Assembly: GCA_002215645.1 (NCBI GenBank)
Contig: NGFI01000005.1
Span: forward strand, 114,678-178,677
DNA length: 64,000 bases
Direction of reading: 5' to 3'
Source: Gemmatimonadetes bacterium 2013_60CM_65_52
GTDB taxonomy: Bacteria; Gemmatimonadota; Gemmatimonadetes; Gemmatimonadales; Gemmatimonadaceae
Position numbers and translations under genes: made by a program. Every line of letters starts with the position of its first letter. The stretch's first letter is position 1. Positions 9,486 through 19,405 of this stretch are shown here, piece after piece. The notes beneath the pieces were generated by a model. That model saw only the letters and a program-made list of their open reading frames with translations, searched no databases and was not told the DNA's origin.

Positions 9486-10496
9486 ATGCGAGTCCCATAC
9501 GCTGTCCTGCACAACACGCTACGCGCCGTGCTCGCGGCCAAGGGCATGTCGCCCGAGCGCGCCGACCTGTGCGCGCGCCTCTTTGCCGATGCGAATCGTG
9601 ACGGAGTCCCATCGCACGGGTTGAACCGATTCCCATTGTTCGTCTCCACCATCGAGCGGAAGCTCGTGGAACCGGGCGCCGTGCCGGTACGCGTTGCAGC
9701 GTTCGGCGCGATCGAACGGTGGGACGGCAAGCACGGGCCCGGTCCCCTCAACGCACATCACTGCATGGGCCGCGCGATCGATTTGGCGGGATTGCATGGC
9801 ATCGGCGCCGTAGCGCTGGCCAACACCAATCATTGGATGCGTGCGGGGAACTTCGGTTGGCAGGCCGCCGAGGCGAAGATGATTGGCGTCTGCTGGACGA
9901 ACACGCTGCCGAACATGCCTCCATGGGGATCCGTGAAGCCGGCCATCGGAAACAACCCGATCGTCATCGCGGTGCCGAGGGCGAGCGGGCACGTGGTGCT
10001 CGATATGGCGATGTCGCAGTTCTCGTACGGCGCGCTGTCGCTCTATCGCATGCGCGGCGCAGAGCTGCCGGTGGACGGAGGATTTGATGCCGAGGGAGTG
10101 CTGACGCGTTCACCAGCGGCCATCGAAGCGTCGAAGCGGTTGCTGCCGATCGGATACTGGAAGGGCTCCGGGCTCTCGGTGGTGCTCGACATGATCGCGG
10201 CGCTGCTGTCCGGCGGACGTGCGACCCACGAGATCCCCGATGCGGCTGCGGACGAGACGGGCCAGTCGCAGGTCTTTCTCGCCATGGATCCTTCGATGCA
10301 CGGAGTGGCGACGGATGCGTCGAATGTCGTCGATCGAATCGTCGGCGATCTGCATCGAGCGGGTGACGGCGCGCGGTATCCCGGCGAGCGCACGCTCGAG
10401 ACGCGGCGCGAGAGTTTGGCGAATGGGGTGGAGGTCGACACATCGATCTGGGACGCGACGCAAGCAATGACTGGCGCGACTCCTGCATCTGGCTGA
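9486..10496 (+). CDS. dlgD: 3-dehydro-L-gulonate 2-dehydrogenase (2,3-diketo-L-gulonate reductase), Ldh_2 family
   Basis: It aligns along its full length with E. coli YiaK/DlgD as I recall it: GVPSHGLNRFPLFV, NTNHWMRAGNFGWQAAE, PPWGS...IGNNPIVIAVP, LPIGYWKGSGLSVVLDMIAALLS. The start is the ATG at 9486 inside ORF 9426..10496. Confidence 0.85.
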   Translation: MRVPYAVLHNTLRAVLAAKGMSPERADLCARLFADANRDGVPSHGLNRFPLFVSTIERKLVEPGAVPVRVAAFGAIERWDGKHGPGPLNAHHCMGRAIDLAGLHGIGAVALANTNHWMRAGNFGWQAAEAKMIGVCWTNTLPNMPPWGSVKPAIGNNPIVIAVPRASGHVVLDMAMSQFSYGALSLYRMRGAELPVDGGFDAEGVLTRSPAAIEASKRLLPIGYWKGSGLSVVLDMIAALLSGGRATHEIPDAAADETGQSQVFLAMDPSMHGVATDASNVVDRIVGDLHRAGDGARYPGERTLETRRESLANGVEVDTSIWDATQAMTGATPASG

Positions 10497-10504
10497 GCTC
10501 GTTT

Positions 10505-11212
10505 GTGCCCGGCATCTCGTCGCGGCCCTGGGTCTTGGCAATGGTCTCATCTTCGGTATTCACGCGCTTTCTCCGCGACTGGGCGGTCGTTGTCATCCTC
10601 GGCGTGCTCGCACTGCTGGGCACAGCCCGCGTTGGCGAGGATGTCTTTGCGCATGAGTCGACCGCGTTCGATGCAGCGGTGCAGCGGTGGATGCTCGCGC
10701 ACGAGACGCCCTGGCTGGACAGGGTGTTCATCGTGATCACGAACGCGGGAGGCGTCGTCCCCGTCTGCGTACTCTCGGCTGCCGGTGCGGGCTATCTCTG
10801 GTATCGTGAGAAGCGGCGAGTGGCGGCGACGGTGCTGCTGGCGCCGGTGGCGGCAGTGGCGGTGTTCACGGTCGTCAAACAAGCCTACGCGAGGCCGCGC
10901 CCGGTGGGGCTTGGCGGCATCGTGCCCAGCTCGTATTCGTTTCCGTCCGGCCACGCCACCGCGGCAACTGCGGTCTGCCTCACCTTGGCCTACGTGTACT
11001 GGCGCGAGGGCTTCGTGCGTCGCTCGGCCGCCTTGTGGTTTGCGATCCTCGTGCCGCTGCTCGTCGGTGTCAGTCGGGTCTACCTGAACGTACATTGGGC
11101 GACGGACGTGCTTGGCGGATGGAGCGCGGGCGTCGTCATTGCCGTGCTGTCGATCGTATTGTACGACCGCAACCGGCGACGTGGGCGTGCGACGCCCAAC
11201 GCTGCCGAGTGA
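10505..11212 (+). CDS. PAP2-family phosphatase (membrane)
   Basis: The three PAP2 motifs are VKQAYARPRP, SFPSGHA and SRVYLNVHWATDV, with several TM segments. An alternative ATG start lies at 10541. Confidence 0.85.
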   Translation: MPGISSRPWVLAMVSSSVFTRFLRDWAVVVILGVLALLGTARVGEDVFAHESTAFDAAVQRWMLAHETPWLDRVFIVITNAGGVVPVCVLSAAGAGYLWYREKRRVAATVLLAPVAAVAVFTVVKQAYARPRPVGLGGIVPSSYSFPSGHATAATAVCLTLAYVYWREGFVRRSAALWFAILVPLLVGVSRVYLNVHWATDVLGGWSAGVVIAVLSIVLYDRNRRRGRATPNAAE

Positions 11213-11214
11213 GG

Positions 11215-11230
11215 CTTAAAGAATTCTAAG
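11215..11230. promoter_or_regulatory. AT-rich 16-bp inverted-repeat motif CTTAR-N6-YTAAG, site 3 of 4
   Basis: CTTAA|AGAATT|CTAAG lies 77 nt upstream of the ATG at 11307. A -10-like TATGTT sits at 11255-11260. Confidence 0.4.
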
Positions 11231-11306
11231 CGTGCAGTCGCGAACGTTCCGAGGTATGTTCGGTCGCTCACATTTCTTCCTTACCCACCGTCACAAGGAG
11301 CTCTCG

Positions 11307-12701
11307 ATGCGCATGTCTCGTCTAGGATTTGTTCTCGTGCTCTCGTTCCTCGTTGTTGGGGCATCGGCTCGCAGCAATGCGCAACGCACGCCGCCTGCGG
11401 CCGGCGCCGTGGAGGCCGGCGTCTTCGGGCAGATCGACTGGTTCGACAAGGCCATGCAGACGGACCGTGTCGGGCTGGGCGCCGGGGCGCGGCTCGGCTG
11501 GTTCCTGAATCCCACGTGGGAGCTCGAGGGAGAAGCCTCGTTCTCGCGCGCCAAGCCGACGGCGAAGCGCATCCAGACGGGCGACGTGCAGATCAACTAC
11601 TACGTCGGCCGGCTGAACTACAATCGGCAGCTCGGTTCAGCGTTGGCGGTGCTCGGGATAGGTGCGGGCGCGAATGCGCTCGACGATCACAGCGATCTGA
11701 TTCTTTCGCCTCTGGTCGGGTTGCGCATACCCCTCTCGAGTGATTGGCACCTTCGCATTGACGGGTCGATGATGTTTGCGCCGAACCCGACGAGTGCGAC
11801 GTACAAGTTTCCAGCGCCCGTGGTGGGGGCGGTGAATGAGGGCGCGGCGTATCTCACGAACTTCCAGGGGCGGGTCGGGCTGAGCTGGTTGCCGCTCACA
11901 CAGCGGCCGGAGTCGATCTGGGTTGCCGTGCGACCGAAGAGTCAGACGCTTCAGCTCCTCTGTGTTGGGCCGGCGCCCACACGGCAGTTCTATGACACCG
12001 TAACGAGCAACAAGACCGCGAACGTCTCGCAGGCAGTGACGTGGAGCGTCGGCGACGCGACCGTTGCTACGGTCAATGCGTCCGGGATCGTGACCGCTGT
12101 GAAAGCGGGCAGTACCACTGTCAGCGCCACGTCAGTGGCGGATTCCCGTGCATCCGATCGCGCAGACGTGATCGTCCTCGGAACCACAACGGGGCCGACA
12201 ACGTTTCGCTATGACACGACGGTCAACAGGGTGGCGGTGAGCGCACTCGATACCGCGATCCATTTTGCCACCGACTCACCCAAGGTCGCGCCCCGGTATC
12301 GGTCGGCGGCTCGGCGCGAGGCCAGGCAGAAGGAGCTCAACCTGCTCGCGCTGCGCGACACCGCGCGCGGCATCCTCGACAGACAGATCGACTTTCTCAA
12401 GCAGTACCCCAGCGTCACGCTCAAGATCGAGGGATGGGCGGACACCGTCTACAACACGAAACACAACCTGGCGCTCTCGCAGCGGCGTGCGGATGCCGCT
12501 CGCGAGTACATCATCAGCCGCGGAATCGATGGAAATCGTGTAAGGGCGTCGGTCGGCGAAGGCGAGACCACGGGTTTCAGTCCCAGCAATACCAAAGAGG
12601 GGCTCCAGGCCAACCGTCGGGCGAAGGTAACGATCGACGTGGGGAGAGAGACCATCATCAAGGTTGACACCGTCCGCGTCGCCGGAGTGTGCAGACCCTA
12701 G
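11307..12701 (+). CDS. OmpA-family outer-membrane protein with Big_2 (Ig-like) domain
   Basis: The ATG at 11307 follows AAGGAG (11295-11300). Signal peptide MRMSRLGFVLVLSFLVVGASARSNAQ. The central Ig-like segment is VTWSVGDATVATVNASGIVTAVKAGSTTVSATS. The C-terminal OmpA-like motif is LKIEGWADTVYNTKHNLALSQRRADAAREYI. Confidence 0.85.
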   Translation: MRMSRLGFVLVLSFLVVGASARSNAQRTPPAAGAVEAGVFGQIDWFDKAMQTDRVGLGAGARLGWFLNPTWELEGEASFSRAKPTAKRIQTGDVQINYYVGRLNYNRQLGSALAVLGIGAGANALDDHSDLILSPLVGLRIPLSSDWHLRIDGSMMFAPNPTSATYKFPAPVVGAVNEGAAYLTNFQGRVGLSWLPLTQRPESIWVAVRPKSQTLQLLCVGPAPTRQFYDTVTSNKTANVSQAVTWSVGDATVATVNASGIVTAVKAGSTTVSATSVADSRASDRADVIVLGTTTGPTTFRYDTTVNRVAVSALDTAIHFATDSPKVAPRYRSAARREARQKELNLLALRDTARGILDRQIDFLKQYPSVTLKIEGWADTVYNTKHNLALSQRRADAAREYIISRGIDGNRVRASVGEGETTGFSPSNTKEGLQANRRAKVTIDVGRETIIKVDTVRVAGVCRP

Positions 12702-12864
12702 TCTGAGGTGGTAACGCTGCGAGCCGTGGTAACTCCCGGGGACACCAACGAGCCGACTTGCTCGTAGTGTACCCGGCTGGCGTCGCGGCCGAGGGAACCT
12801 TGGTCGTCCTCGCGGTGTCGAACGCCCGATTTGCCCGTAACACGATTCCCCCATCCCACCAAGC

Positions 12865-15800
12865 ATGGGCTCCCATCGCTCACTCGCCGCTGCGCTGCTG
12901 CTCTTGCTCGCCGGCACTTCCGTCCATGCACAGAACGTCCCAGAGGTAATCCGCGGCAAGATCACTGCCGATTCCGGACGTGTCGCTTCCACCGCGACGA
13001 TCATGGTGACACGCGGGCCCGATCGCCTCACGCAGCAAACGACCACCGACAGCGCGGGACGTTACCTGGTGCGCTTCGAACAGGGCACCGGCGATTATCT
13101 CGTATACGTGACCGCTGCCGGGTTCAAGGCGGCGCGCCGCCGCGTCACGCGACAGACCAACGAGCACGAGTTCGTCGCCGACTTCAGCTTGACGCGCGAC
13201 GTCGCGTTGCTCGACACCATGAAGGTCACGGCGGACAAGGCCGTCCGCGCAAGGAACGACGTCGGGCCAATGGTCCTCGAGCCCGGTTCTGCCGAGAAGT
13301 GGATGGATGGCGTCAATGGCGCCATACCGCCATCGTCGCAGGGGGATCCGAATGCGATCGCCGGCACGATGTCCAACGTCACGATGACCGGACTCGGGCC
13401 GTCGATCCTCGGCTCCGGCGCCGAGTCGAATCTGACGACGTTGAACGGTATGGCGCTCGCTGGCGGGAACATTCCGCGCGCTGCCAACACGCAGACACGT
13501 GTTACCGCCGCCACGTTCGATCCCACGCGTGGAGGATTTGCCGGCGCGAACATCGACGTGCAGCTGGGCGGCGGCGATCGATTCTATCAGCGTCGAAATG
13601 CGTTCCTGACGTTGGACCCTCAGGCGCTACAGTTCACCGACGCCGCCGGACGCTCGCTCGGCGCGCGCAGCGGCGGTGCGCGCGGCAGCGCATCCGCGGA
13701 CGGCGAGATGATCCGGCAAGCGGCGACGTACAACGTCTCGCTCGACGTAGGTCGCAGCGTCAGCGATCCGGCCACGCTGCTCAATGCGGATGCCGACGTC
13801 CTGCTGCGCGCGGGCGTTTCGCCCGATTCCATTGCTCGACTGATGACTGTGGCGAGTCCTCTTGGCCTGACGAGTGGCTCTCGGGCCGTTCCGGCCAATC
13901 GGCAGCACGATGTCGCGACCTTTCTCTCACGGTTCGACGACACACGAGATACGCTGTCCACGCGCGCGCTCACGACGTATGCCAGTTACACCCGCGACGG
14001 TGCGGTGGGTTTCGGTCCGCTCGCTGCGCCGTCGGCGTCCGGAGAGCGGCACGAGCAGACGTATGGTGGGCAGCTCACGCTCGGGAACTATGTGGGTGAG
14101 GGCCGGCGCGTACTCACGGAGACCCGCGTTGCCGCAAGCGCCGTGAGAGCGACCGCGTCGCCTTATCGCGAGATGCCCGGAGCGAGCGTGCTCGTTCGCT
14201 CGGACGGCCTCGACGCCAGCGGCGGAATAGCCGGCGTGACGCTCGGCGGTGCGCCCAATCTCGCGACCGATGATTTGCGCTGGACGACTGAAGGCGCCAA
14301 CGAGACGACGTGGATGGCAGGCGGCCGCCGTCACAGGTTCAAGACGCAGCTCTGGGCTCGCGCGGACGGACTTCGGTCCGACGGCATCCCCAACCGCCTC
14401 GGAACCTTCACGTACAACTCCATCGCCGACCTACAGGCCGGACGCCCCTCGAGCTTCACTCGCACGCTCGCGGAGCCGCGGCGTGCGGGAACCGTGTGGA
14501 ATGCCGCTGGCGCGATAGCGCACAATTGGTCTCCCACGCGTTTCTTCAGCCTCCTGTACGGCGCGCGCGTGGAAGCGGATGGCTTCGCGAGCAGGCCCGC
14601 CTCGAACCCCATGCTGGAGCAGGCACTTGGCGTACGCAGCGGCGTTGCCCCGATGCGTCTGCACGTCAGCCCGAGGCTCGGGTTTTCTTACACCTACAAT
14701 CGCGACAAATCGAACGGCAACGGGATGAACATGACTCAAGTCGGGCGGTACTTTCGCTACCCCACGGGAGTCATTCGCGGTGGCATCGGCGACTTCCGCG
14801 ACCTGCTGCACCCGAACGTTCTCGCGGACGCATCGGCGGCGACGGGTCTCGCGGATGCGACGGCGGTGCTCTCGTGCGTCGGTTCTTCCGTTCCCACCGC
14901 GGACTGGACGCGCTTTGCGGCGGACCCCGCGACCATCCCGACGAGTTGCGCTTCCGGCGGTGGCGTGCTCGCGGAGCGCGCACCAAGCGTCACGCTGATC
15001 GATCCGGGGTACGACGTACCGCACAGCTGGCGAGCGTCCCTCGACTGGAACAGCAGCTACGGCTCCTGGCTGCTGCGCGCGGGCGTGCTGGGCTCTTACG
15101 ATCTGTCACAGCCCGGAACCGTCGACGCGAACTTCAGCGGAACGCAGCGCTTCACGCTCGCGTCCGAAGGCAATCGGCCTGTGTATGTGTCCGCGGCAGC
15201 GATCGACCCATCATCGGGTGCCGTATCGGCGGCGGAGTCTCGTCGCAGCGATCAGTATGGTCGCGTCGCCATGCGCGTGAGCGACCTTCGCGGGTATGGG
15301 GGACAGCTCAATCTGGGGATCTCGCCCGACGTCTTCCGATTCAACAACAGGTACCAGCTCTTCGGATCGCTCAGCTACACGCTCCAGGCCACTCGGCGGC
15401 AATTCCGCGGATTCGACGGCGCGTCGTTCGGCGATCCGCGCACCATCGAATGGTCTGCCGGGCCGTCAGACGCGCGGCATGCGATCGTGTTCAGCACTGG
15501 CCTTTATGCACCGAAGATCGGCGTCGTCACCCTGTTTACGCGGGCGCAGAGTGGATTGCCGTTCACTCCGGTCGTACAGGGGGATATAAACGGTGACGGG
15601 CGCTTTGGGGACCGTGCGTTTGTGCCCGATCCGGGCCGCGAGCTGGATCCCACGGTCGCCGCGCAGATACGCTCTCTGCTCGCGAATGGTGCCTCCGCGG
15701 CGCAGTCGTGCATCGCACAGAACCTCGGCAGAGTAGCGGAGCGCAACGGCTGCCGTGGGCCGTGGACGCAGTCACTCAACGTCCAATGGAGCCCTCGGCT

Positions 15801-16566
15801 TCCGTCGAGGCTCAGCGGCCGCGTTGTGCCCAGCGTGTACTTCCAGAATGTGCTCGCGGGCGTCGATCAACTCGTGCACGGCAGTGAGAACATGAGCGGC
15901 TGGGGCTCGCCAGCCGCCGTCGATGCGGTGTTGCTCGTCCCGCACGGTTTCGACCCGAGCGCCAATCGCTTCCGCTACGACGTGAATCCGCGCTTCGCCG
16001 ACACGCGACCCAGTCGAAACGTGTTGTTGAATCCATTCCACGTGGTCGTGGACTTCAGCGTGAACCTCTCGACCGACTACGATCTTCAGAAGCTTCGCCG
16101 GGCGGTGGAGCCGATCCGTGCGCCCAACGATGCGGGCTGGCAGCGTCGCTCGGCCGATTCACTCGCGGCGTTCTATCTGTCCAATACGTCGAGCGTGTTC
16201 AAGGCGCTGATTCAGGAAGCTGATTCTCTCTTCCTCAGCGTGGGACAGGTGGCCGGTCTGGAACGCGCCGATTCCGCGTTCTCGAATCGCGTAAGGGCTG
16301 TCTACGTTCCGTTGGGCGAGTTCCTGGCGAAGGCGCAGGGCGGCGCGGGCAAGGCGGAGTTGGACACCGTGCAAGCGACGTCCAAAGCGTATTGGAAGAT
16401 CTTCTGGGAGCAGCCGGAGATCGCGGACTCTCTCGTGACGCCCGCGCAGAAGGAGCTCTTTCCCATGCTGAAGAGTCTCCTGGCCGTTCCCAAAGAGCAG
16501 CGGGAGCACAGTCAATGGATGTTCGGCCGCCCCGTGACGTTTGCCGATAAGCCACGAAAGCGCTGA
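12865..16566 (+). CDS. large CarboxypepD_reg-domain outer-membrane protein (TonB-dependent-receptor-like), 1233 aa
   Basis: Signal peptide MGSHRSLAAALLLLLAGTSVHAQ. The CarboxypepD_reg-like segment is IRGKITADSGRVASTATIMV...DSAGRYLVRFEQGTGDYLVYVTAAGF. A long beta-rich body follows. The last roughly 200 aa look helical, which is atypical for a barrel C-terminus. Confidence 0.8.
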   Translation: MGSHRSLAAALLLLLAGTSVHAQNVPEVIRGKITADSGRVASTATIMVTRGPDRLTQQTTTDSAGRYLVRFEQGTGDYLVYVTAAGFKAARRRVTRQTNEHEFVADFSLTRDVALLDTMKVTADKAVRARNDVGPMVLEPGSAEKWMDGVNGAIPPSSQGDPNAIAGTMSNVTMTGLGPSILGSGAESNLTTLNGMALAGGNIPRAANTQTRVTAATFDPTRGGFAGANIDVQLGGGDRFYQRRNAFLTLDPQALQFTDAAGRSLGARSGGARGSASADGEMIRQAATYNVSLDVGRSVSDPATLLNADADVLLRAGVSPDSIARLMTVASPLGLTSGSRAVPANRQHDVATFLSRFDDTRDTLSTRALTTYASYTRDGAVGFGPLAAPSASGERHEQTYGGQLTLGNYVGEGRRVLTETRVAASAVRATASPYREMPGASVLVRSDGLDASGGIAGVTLGGAPNLATDDLRWTTEGANETTWMAGGRRHRFKTQLWARADGLRSDGIPNRLGTFTYNSIADLQAGRPSSFTRTLAEPRRAGTVWNAAGAIAHNWSPTRFFSLLYGARVEADGFASRPASNPMLEQALGVRSGVAPMRLHVSPRLGFSYTYNRDKSNGNGMNMTQVGRYFRYPTGVIRGGIGDFRDLLHPNVLADASAATGLADATAVLSCVGSSVPTADWTRFAADPATIPTSCASGGGVLAERAPSVTLIDPGYDVPHSWRASLDWNSSYGSWLLRAGVLGSYDLSQPGTVDANFSGTQRFTLASEGNRPVYVSAAAIDPSSGAVSAAESRRSDQYGRVAMRVSDLRGYGGQLNLGISPDVFRFNNRYQLFGSLSYTLQATRRQFRGFDGASFGDPRTIEWSAGPSDARHAIVFSTGLYAPKIGVVTLFTRAQSGLPFTPVVQGDINGDGRFGDRAFVPDPGRELDPTVAAQIRSLLANGASAAQSCIAQNLGRVAERNGCRGPWTQSLNVQWSPRLPSRLSGRVVPSVYFQNVLAGVDQLVHGSENMSGWGSPAAVDAVLLVPHGFDPSANRFRYDVNPRFADTRPSRNVLLNPFHVVVDFSVNLSTDYDLQKLRRAVEPIRAPNDAGWQRRSADSLAAFYLSNTSSVFKALIQEADSLFLSVGQVAGLERADSAFSNRVRAVYVPLGEFLAKAQGGAGKAELDTVQATSKAYWKIFWEQPEIADSLVTPAQKELFPMLKSLLAVPKEQREHSQWMFGRPVTFADKPRKR

Positions 16567-16647
16567 CGCAGCCCTGATCACGGGCAAAGGAGAAACGAAA
16601 AGGCGGATACTGCGTGAATCTCGCCGCGATGCTCGGCTGGTGCGCAT

Positions 16648-17292
16648 CTAGCGCGGCTCGGGTCTCGGAGTGTCGGCTGCCGGTATGACGCTGCCGATAA
16701 GAAAGCCACCGAGCGCACCGGCAGTGACCGCGACAGACAGGATATAATCAGCGCCCAGGCCGCAAGGTATCTCGTGCGCTGGGTGACATCGCGCTACCTC
16801 CACGAACACAGTCACAGCTCCCAGAAGACCACCGAGGAGCGCGCCCAGCAACTGGTGACTGCTGCGTGACGAGGCTCTGCCGGTTGCAGGCGGTGTCAGC
16901 ATGCTGTTGGCAAACCAGGTCGCTACCTCGAACTGCGCATCCACGAGGAAGAGCGCTGGATCGTCGGGCGTCGGGTACATCGCGACATACGCGGGGCCAA
17001 GTTGATAGATCAGGAGGTTGACCAAGCGATCGGGAGCTACCCCCTTACGCATCACGGCGCTATCGACGCGCGCGCAGACGCTGTCGAGCGTGGCAAGGTG
17101 CATCGCGCTCGTGTCCAGGCCGCTTACGCCAAGCGCGGTGCGCTCGGCGGCAGTCGCTGGAGCGTTCAGGTAGCGAGCCATCCGACGGAACTGGGCACCG
17201 AAATCGCCACTCCGCGTGAGGCATGTCTGCGCAGACAGAGCAGGAAGCGCCGTGGCAATCAGGGCGAAGACGGCGAGGCAAGGACGTCGCAT
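16648..17292 (-). CDS. hypothetical exported or membrane protein with C-terminal glycine-zipper segments
   Basis: The ATG at 17292 inside ORF 16648..17445 gives the signal MRRPCLAVFALIATALPALSAQ. The C-terminus contains LLGALLGGLLGAVTVFV and AVTAGALGGFLIGSVI. No domain recognised. Confidence 0.5.
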   Translation of the reverse strand: MRRPCLAVFALIATALPALSAQTCLTRSGDFGAQFRRMARYLNAPATAAERTALGVSGLDTSAMHLATLDSVCARVDSAVMRKGVAPDRLVNLLIYQLGPAYVAMYPTPDDPALFLVDAQFEVATWFANSMLTPPATGRASSRSSHQLLGALLGGLLGAVTVFVEVARCHPAHEIPCGLGADYILSVAVTAGALGGFLIGSVIPAADTPRPEPR

Positions 17293-17540
17293 AAGCAGTG
17301 GCGGAAATTGCGAAGATAGATGCGCCGACGCCAACGAAACGGTCTGGCGCGTCGAATGGCGTGGCATTAGTCGCGCGACGAGCGGACCACTCTGGCAGCA
17401 CTGGAGCACATCCGTGGCCAGGCTGGCGTCGGACGCACGAGACAACCGCGAGTCGGGCCCTCACAGCTAACTGCGTGACGTAGGTAGCCTGCGCAATCAT
17501 TCGATGACGGTAAGTCCACGCACCGAGGCGAAGCTGCTCC

Positions 17541-19088
17541 ATGCTCGCCTCCATCCGCTCCGCCGCCGTCCTCGGCATCGACGCCTATGACGTCACCGTC
17601 GAAGTAGACGTCGCGCGCGGCCTCCCCAACTGGGTCATCGTCGGCCTCGCGGCCAGCGCCGTAAAGGAAAGCCGCGAGCGCGTCAGCGCGGCGCTCGCGA
17701 ACGCCGGCTTCACCATACCGTCGCGTCGCATCACGACGAACCTCGCGCCTGCGGACATCCGGAAGGACGGAACGGCATTCGACCTCCCAATCGCCATCGG
17801 CGTCCTCGTTGGCTGCGGTGTGCTGAGTCCCGACGCCGTCAACCGATGCGTATTCGCCGGTGAGCTTGGCCTTGATGCGACGTTGCGTCCGGTGCGCGGC
17901 GCCCTTTCCATCGCGCGGCGAGTGGCGGCGTCTGAGAACTGCAGCGCGCTCACCCTCGTGCTTCCACCGACGAATGTTGCCGAAGCGTCGCTCGTTCGCG
18001 AAGTCCGTATTGCCGCTCCGGCGTCACTCGGAGAGCTCGTCGAGTGGCTCAAGAACGGCGAATTTCCGGAAGCGCGTGCTCGCTCCTCATGGCGGAATGA
18101 AGAACACCTCATCGATCTCGCGGACGTCGCGGGACAGGAGGCCGCCAAGCGCGCGCTGGCGATCGCTGCCGCGGGCTCGCACGGAATTCTGCTCGTCGGA
18201 CCGCCAGGGGCGGGCAAGACGATGCTCGCGCGCCGGCTTCCTACCATTCTGCCCGCGCTCACGGACGCGGAAGCGCTCGAGGTGACGGCGGTGCATTCGG
18301 TGGCGGGGGTGCTCGACGTCGCAACGGGCGCCGTGACGCGACGTCCGTTTCGTGCCCCTCATCACTCCGTGTCGACGGCGGGACTCATCGGCGGCGGATC
18401 GACGCCGCGTCCCGGCGAGGTGAGTCTCGCACATCACGGCGTGTTGTTTCTCGACGAGCTCCTCGAGTTTCCCCGCGGCGTATTGGAGGCACTGCGTCAA
18501 CCGATGGAGGATGGCTTCGTCACCATCGCGCGGGCGCTGGCGTCGGTCAGGTTTCCAGCCCGCTTCGCTCTGGCGGCGGCCATGAACCCGTGCCCATGCG
18601 GCCACTCCGGCGATCCCATCAAGCCGTGTGTATGCGCCGCGGCGGAGATCCTGAAGTATCGCGGGCGTCTCTCGGGCCCATTGGCGGATCGGATCGACAT
18701 GCACGTCAGCGTGCCACCGGTCGCGCTCTCACGCCTCGCGGTGCGTTATGGTGGTGACGGATCGGCGGCCATTCGTGCTAGAGTCGAGCAGGCGCGTTTG
18801 CGCCAGCGAAGGCGGTATGACGGCGAGTCCGCGTGCAATGCCCGTGCGCCAGGACGATGGTTGGAGACCCACGGCGGTTTGGACACTTCCGCGCGGACAA
18901 TGCTCATGACTGCTGGAGACCGACTCCATCTCTCGGCCCGCGCCTTCCATCGCGTGCTCCGTGTTGCGCGCACAATTGCCGACCTTGCCGGCGAATCGTG
19001 CATCAGCGTCGCCCATGTGAGCGAGGCGCTGGGCTATCGCCCGCGGGGAATGGAGCACACACACGAGTCCGGCCTGGAGGTGGCCTGA
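17541..19088 (+). CDS. comM: YifB/ComM family Mg-chelatase-like AAA+ ATPase
   Basis: The N-terminal Lon-like domain is MLASIRSAAVLGIDAYDVTVEVDV...LPNWVIVGL. Walker A is LVGPPGAGKTMLARRLP. The C-terminal region is RAFHRVLRVARTIADL. Full-length family match. Confidence 0.92.
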   Translation: MLASIRSAAVLGIDAYDVTVEVDVARGLPNWVIVGLAASAVKESRERVSAALANAGFTIPSRRITTNLAPADIRKDGTAFDLPIAIGVLVGCGVLSPDAVNRCVFAGELGLDATLRPVRGALSIARRVAASENCSALTLVLPPTNVAEASLVREVRIAAPASLGELVEWLKNGEFPEARARSSWRNEEHLIDLADVAGQEAAKRALAIAAAGSHGILLVGPPGAGKTMLARRLPTILPALTDAEALEVTAVHSVAGVLDVATGAVTRRPFRAPHHSVSTAGLIGGGSTPRPGEVSLAHHGVLFLDELLEFPRGVLEALRQPMEDGFVTIARALASVRFPARFALAAAMNPCPCGHSGDPIKPCVCAAAEILKYRGRLSGPLADRIDMHVSVPPVALSRLAVRYGGDGSAAIRARVEQARLRQRRRYDGESACNARAPGRWLETHGGLDTSARTMLMTAGDRLHLSARAFHRVLRVARTIADLAGESCISVAHVSEALGYRPRGMEHTHESGLEVA

Positions 19089-19129
19089 TGAGCAACGCTG
19101 AGGAGTTGTCAGAAGAAGGAGACGCCAAT

Positions 19130-19153
19130 AGTATTACATATCCAAGTAATACT
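19130..19153. promoter_or_regulatory. inverted repeat, candidate VapB operator or vapBC promoter
   Basis: AGTATTAC-N8-GTAATACT is a perfect 8-bp inverted repeat in a locally AT-rich stretch. It lies 13 nt upstream of the vapB ATG, with GGAG at 19156-19159. Confidence 0.5.
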
Positions 19154-19165
19154 TCGGAGTCTCTC

Positions 19166-19405
19166 ATGCGCATCACAACCAAAGGGCAGGTGACCATCCC
19201 GCTGGCGGTCCGCGAGACGCTCGGCCTCCTTCCACACACCGAGGTCGAATTCACGATTCGCGGCGATACCGCCGTGCTGACGAAGGCAGGCACTCATCGC
19301 AAAGGGCGCATGCTCATCGAGCACATGCGCGGACGCGGGCGCGGACGGCTCACCACGGACGAGATTCTCGCGTTGACGCGTCCGGCCGATCCAGGCGCGC
19401 GATGA
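19166..19405 (+). CDS. vapB: AbrB/MazE/SpoVT-family antitoxin (VapB)
   Basis: MRITTKGQVTIPLAVRETLGL is the SpoVT/AbrB swapped-hairpin motif. The stop overlaps the vapC start (ATGA at 19402-19405). An alternative upstream ATG at 19088 overlaps the comM stop but adds a non-conserved acidic leader. Confidence 0.8.
   Translation: MRITTKGQVTIPLAVRETLGLLPHTEVEFTIRGDTAVLTKAGTHRKGRMLIEHMRGRGRGRLTTDEILALTRPADPGAR

Noticed and set aside
19088-19165. Longer VapB form starting at the ATG at 19088, which overlaps the comM stop.
   Set aside because: The extra 26 residues (MSNAEELSEEGDANSITYPSNTSESL) precede the conserved AbrB-type MRITTKGQ start. They are also encoded by the AT-rich inverted repeat that looks like the vapBC operator or promoter, and a GGAG sits in front of the ATG at 19166.
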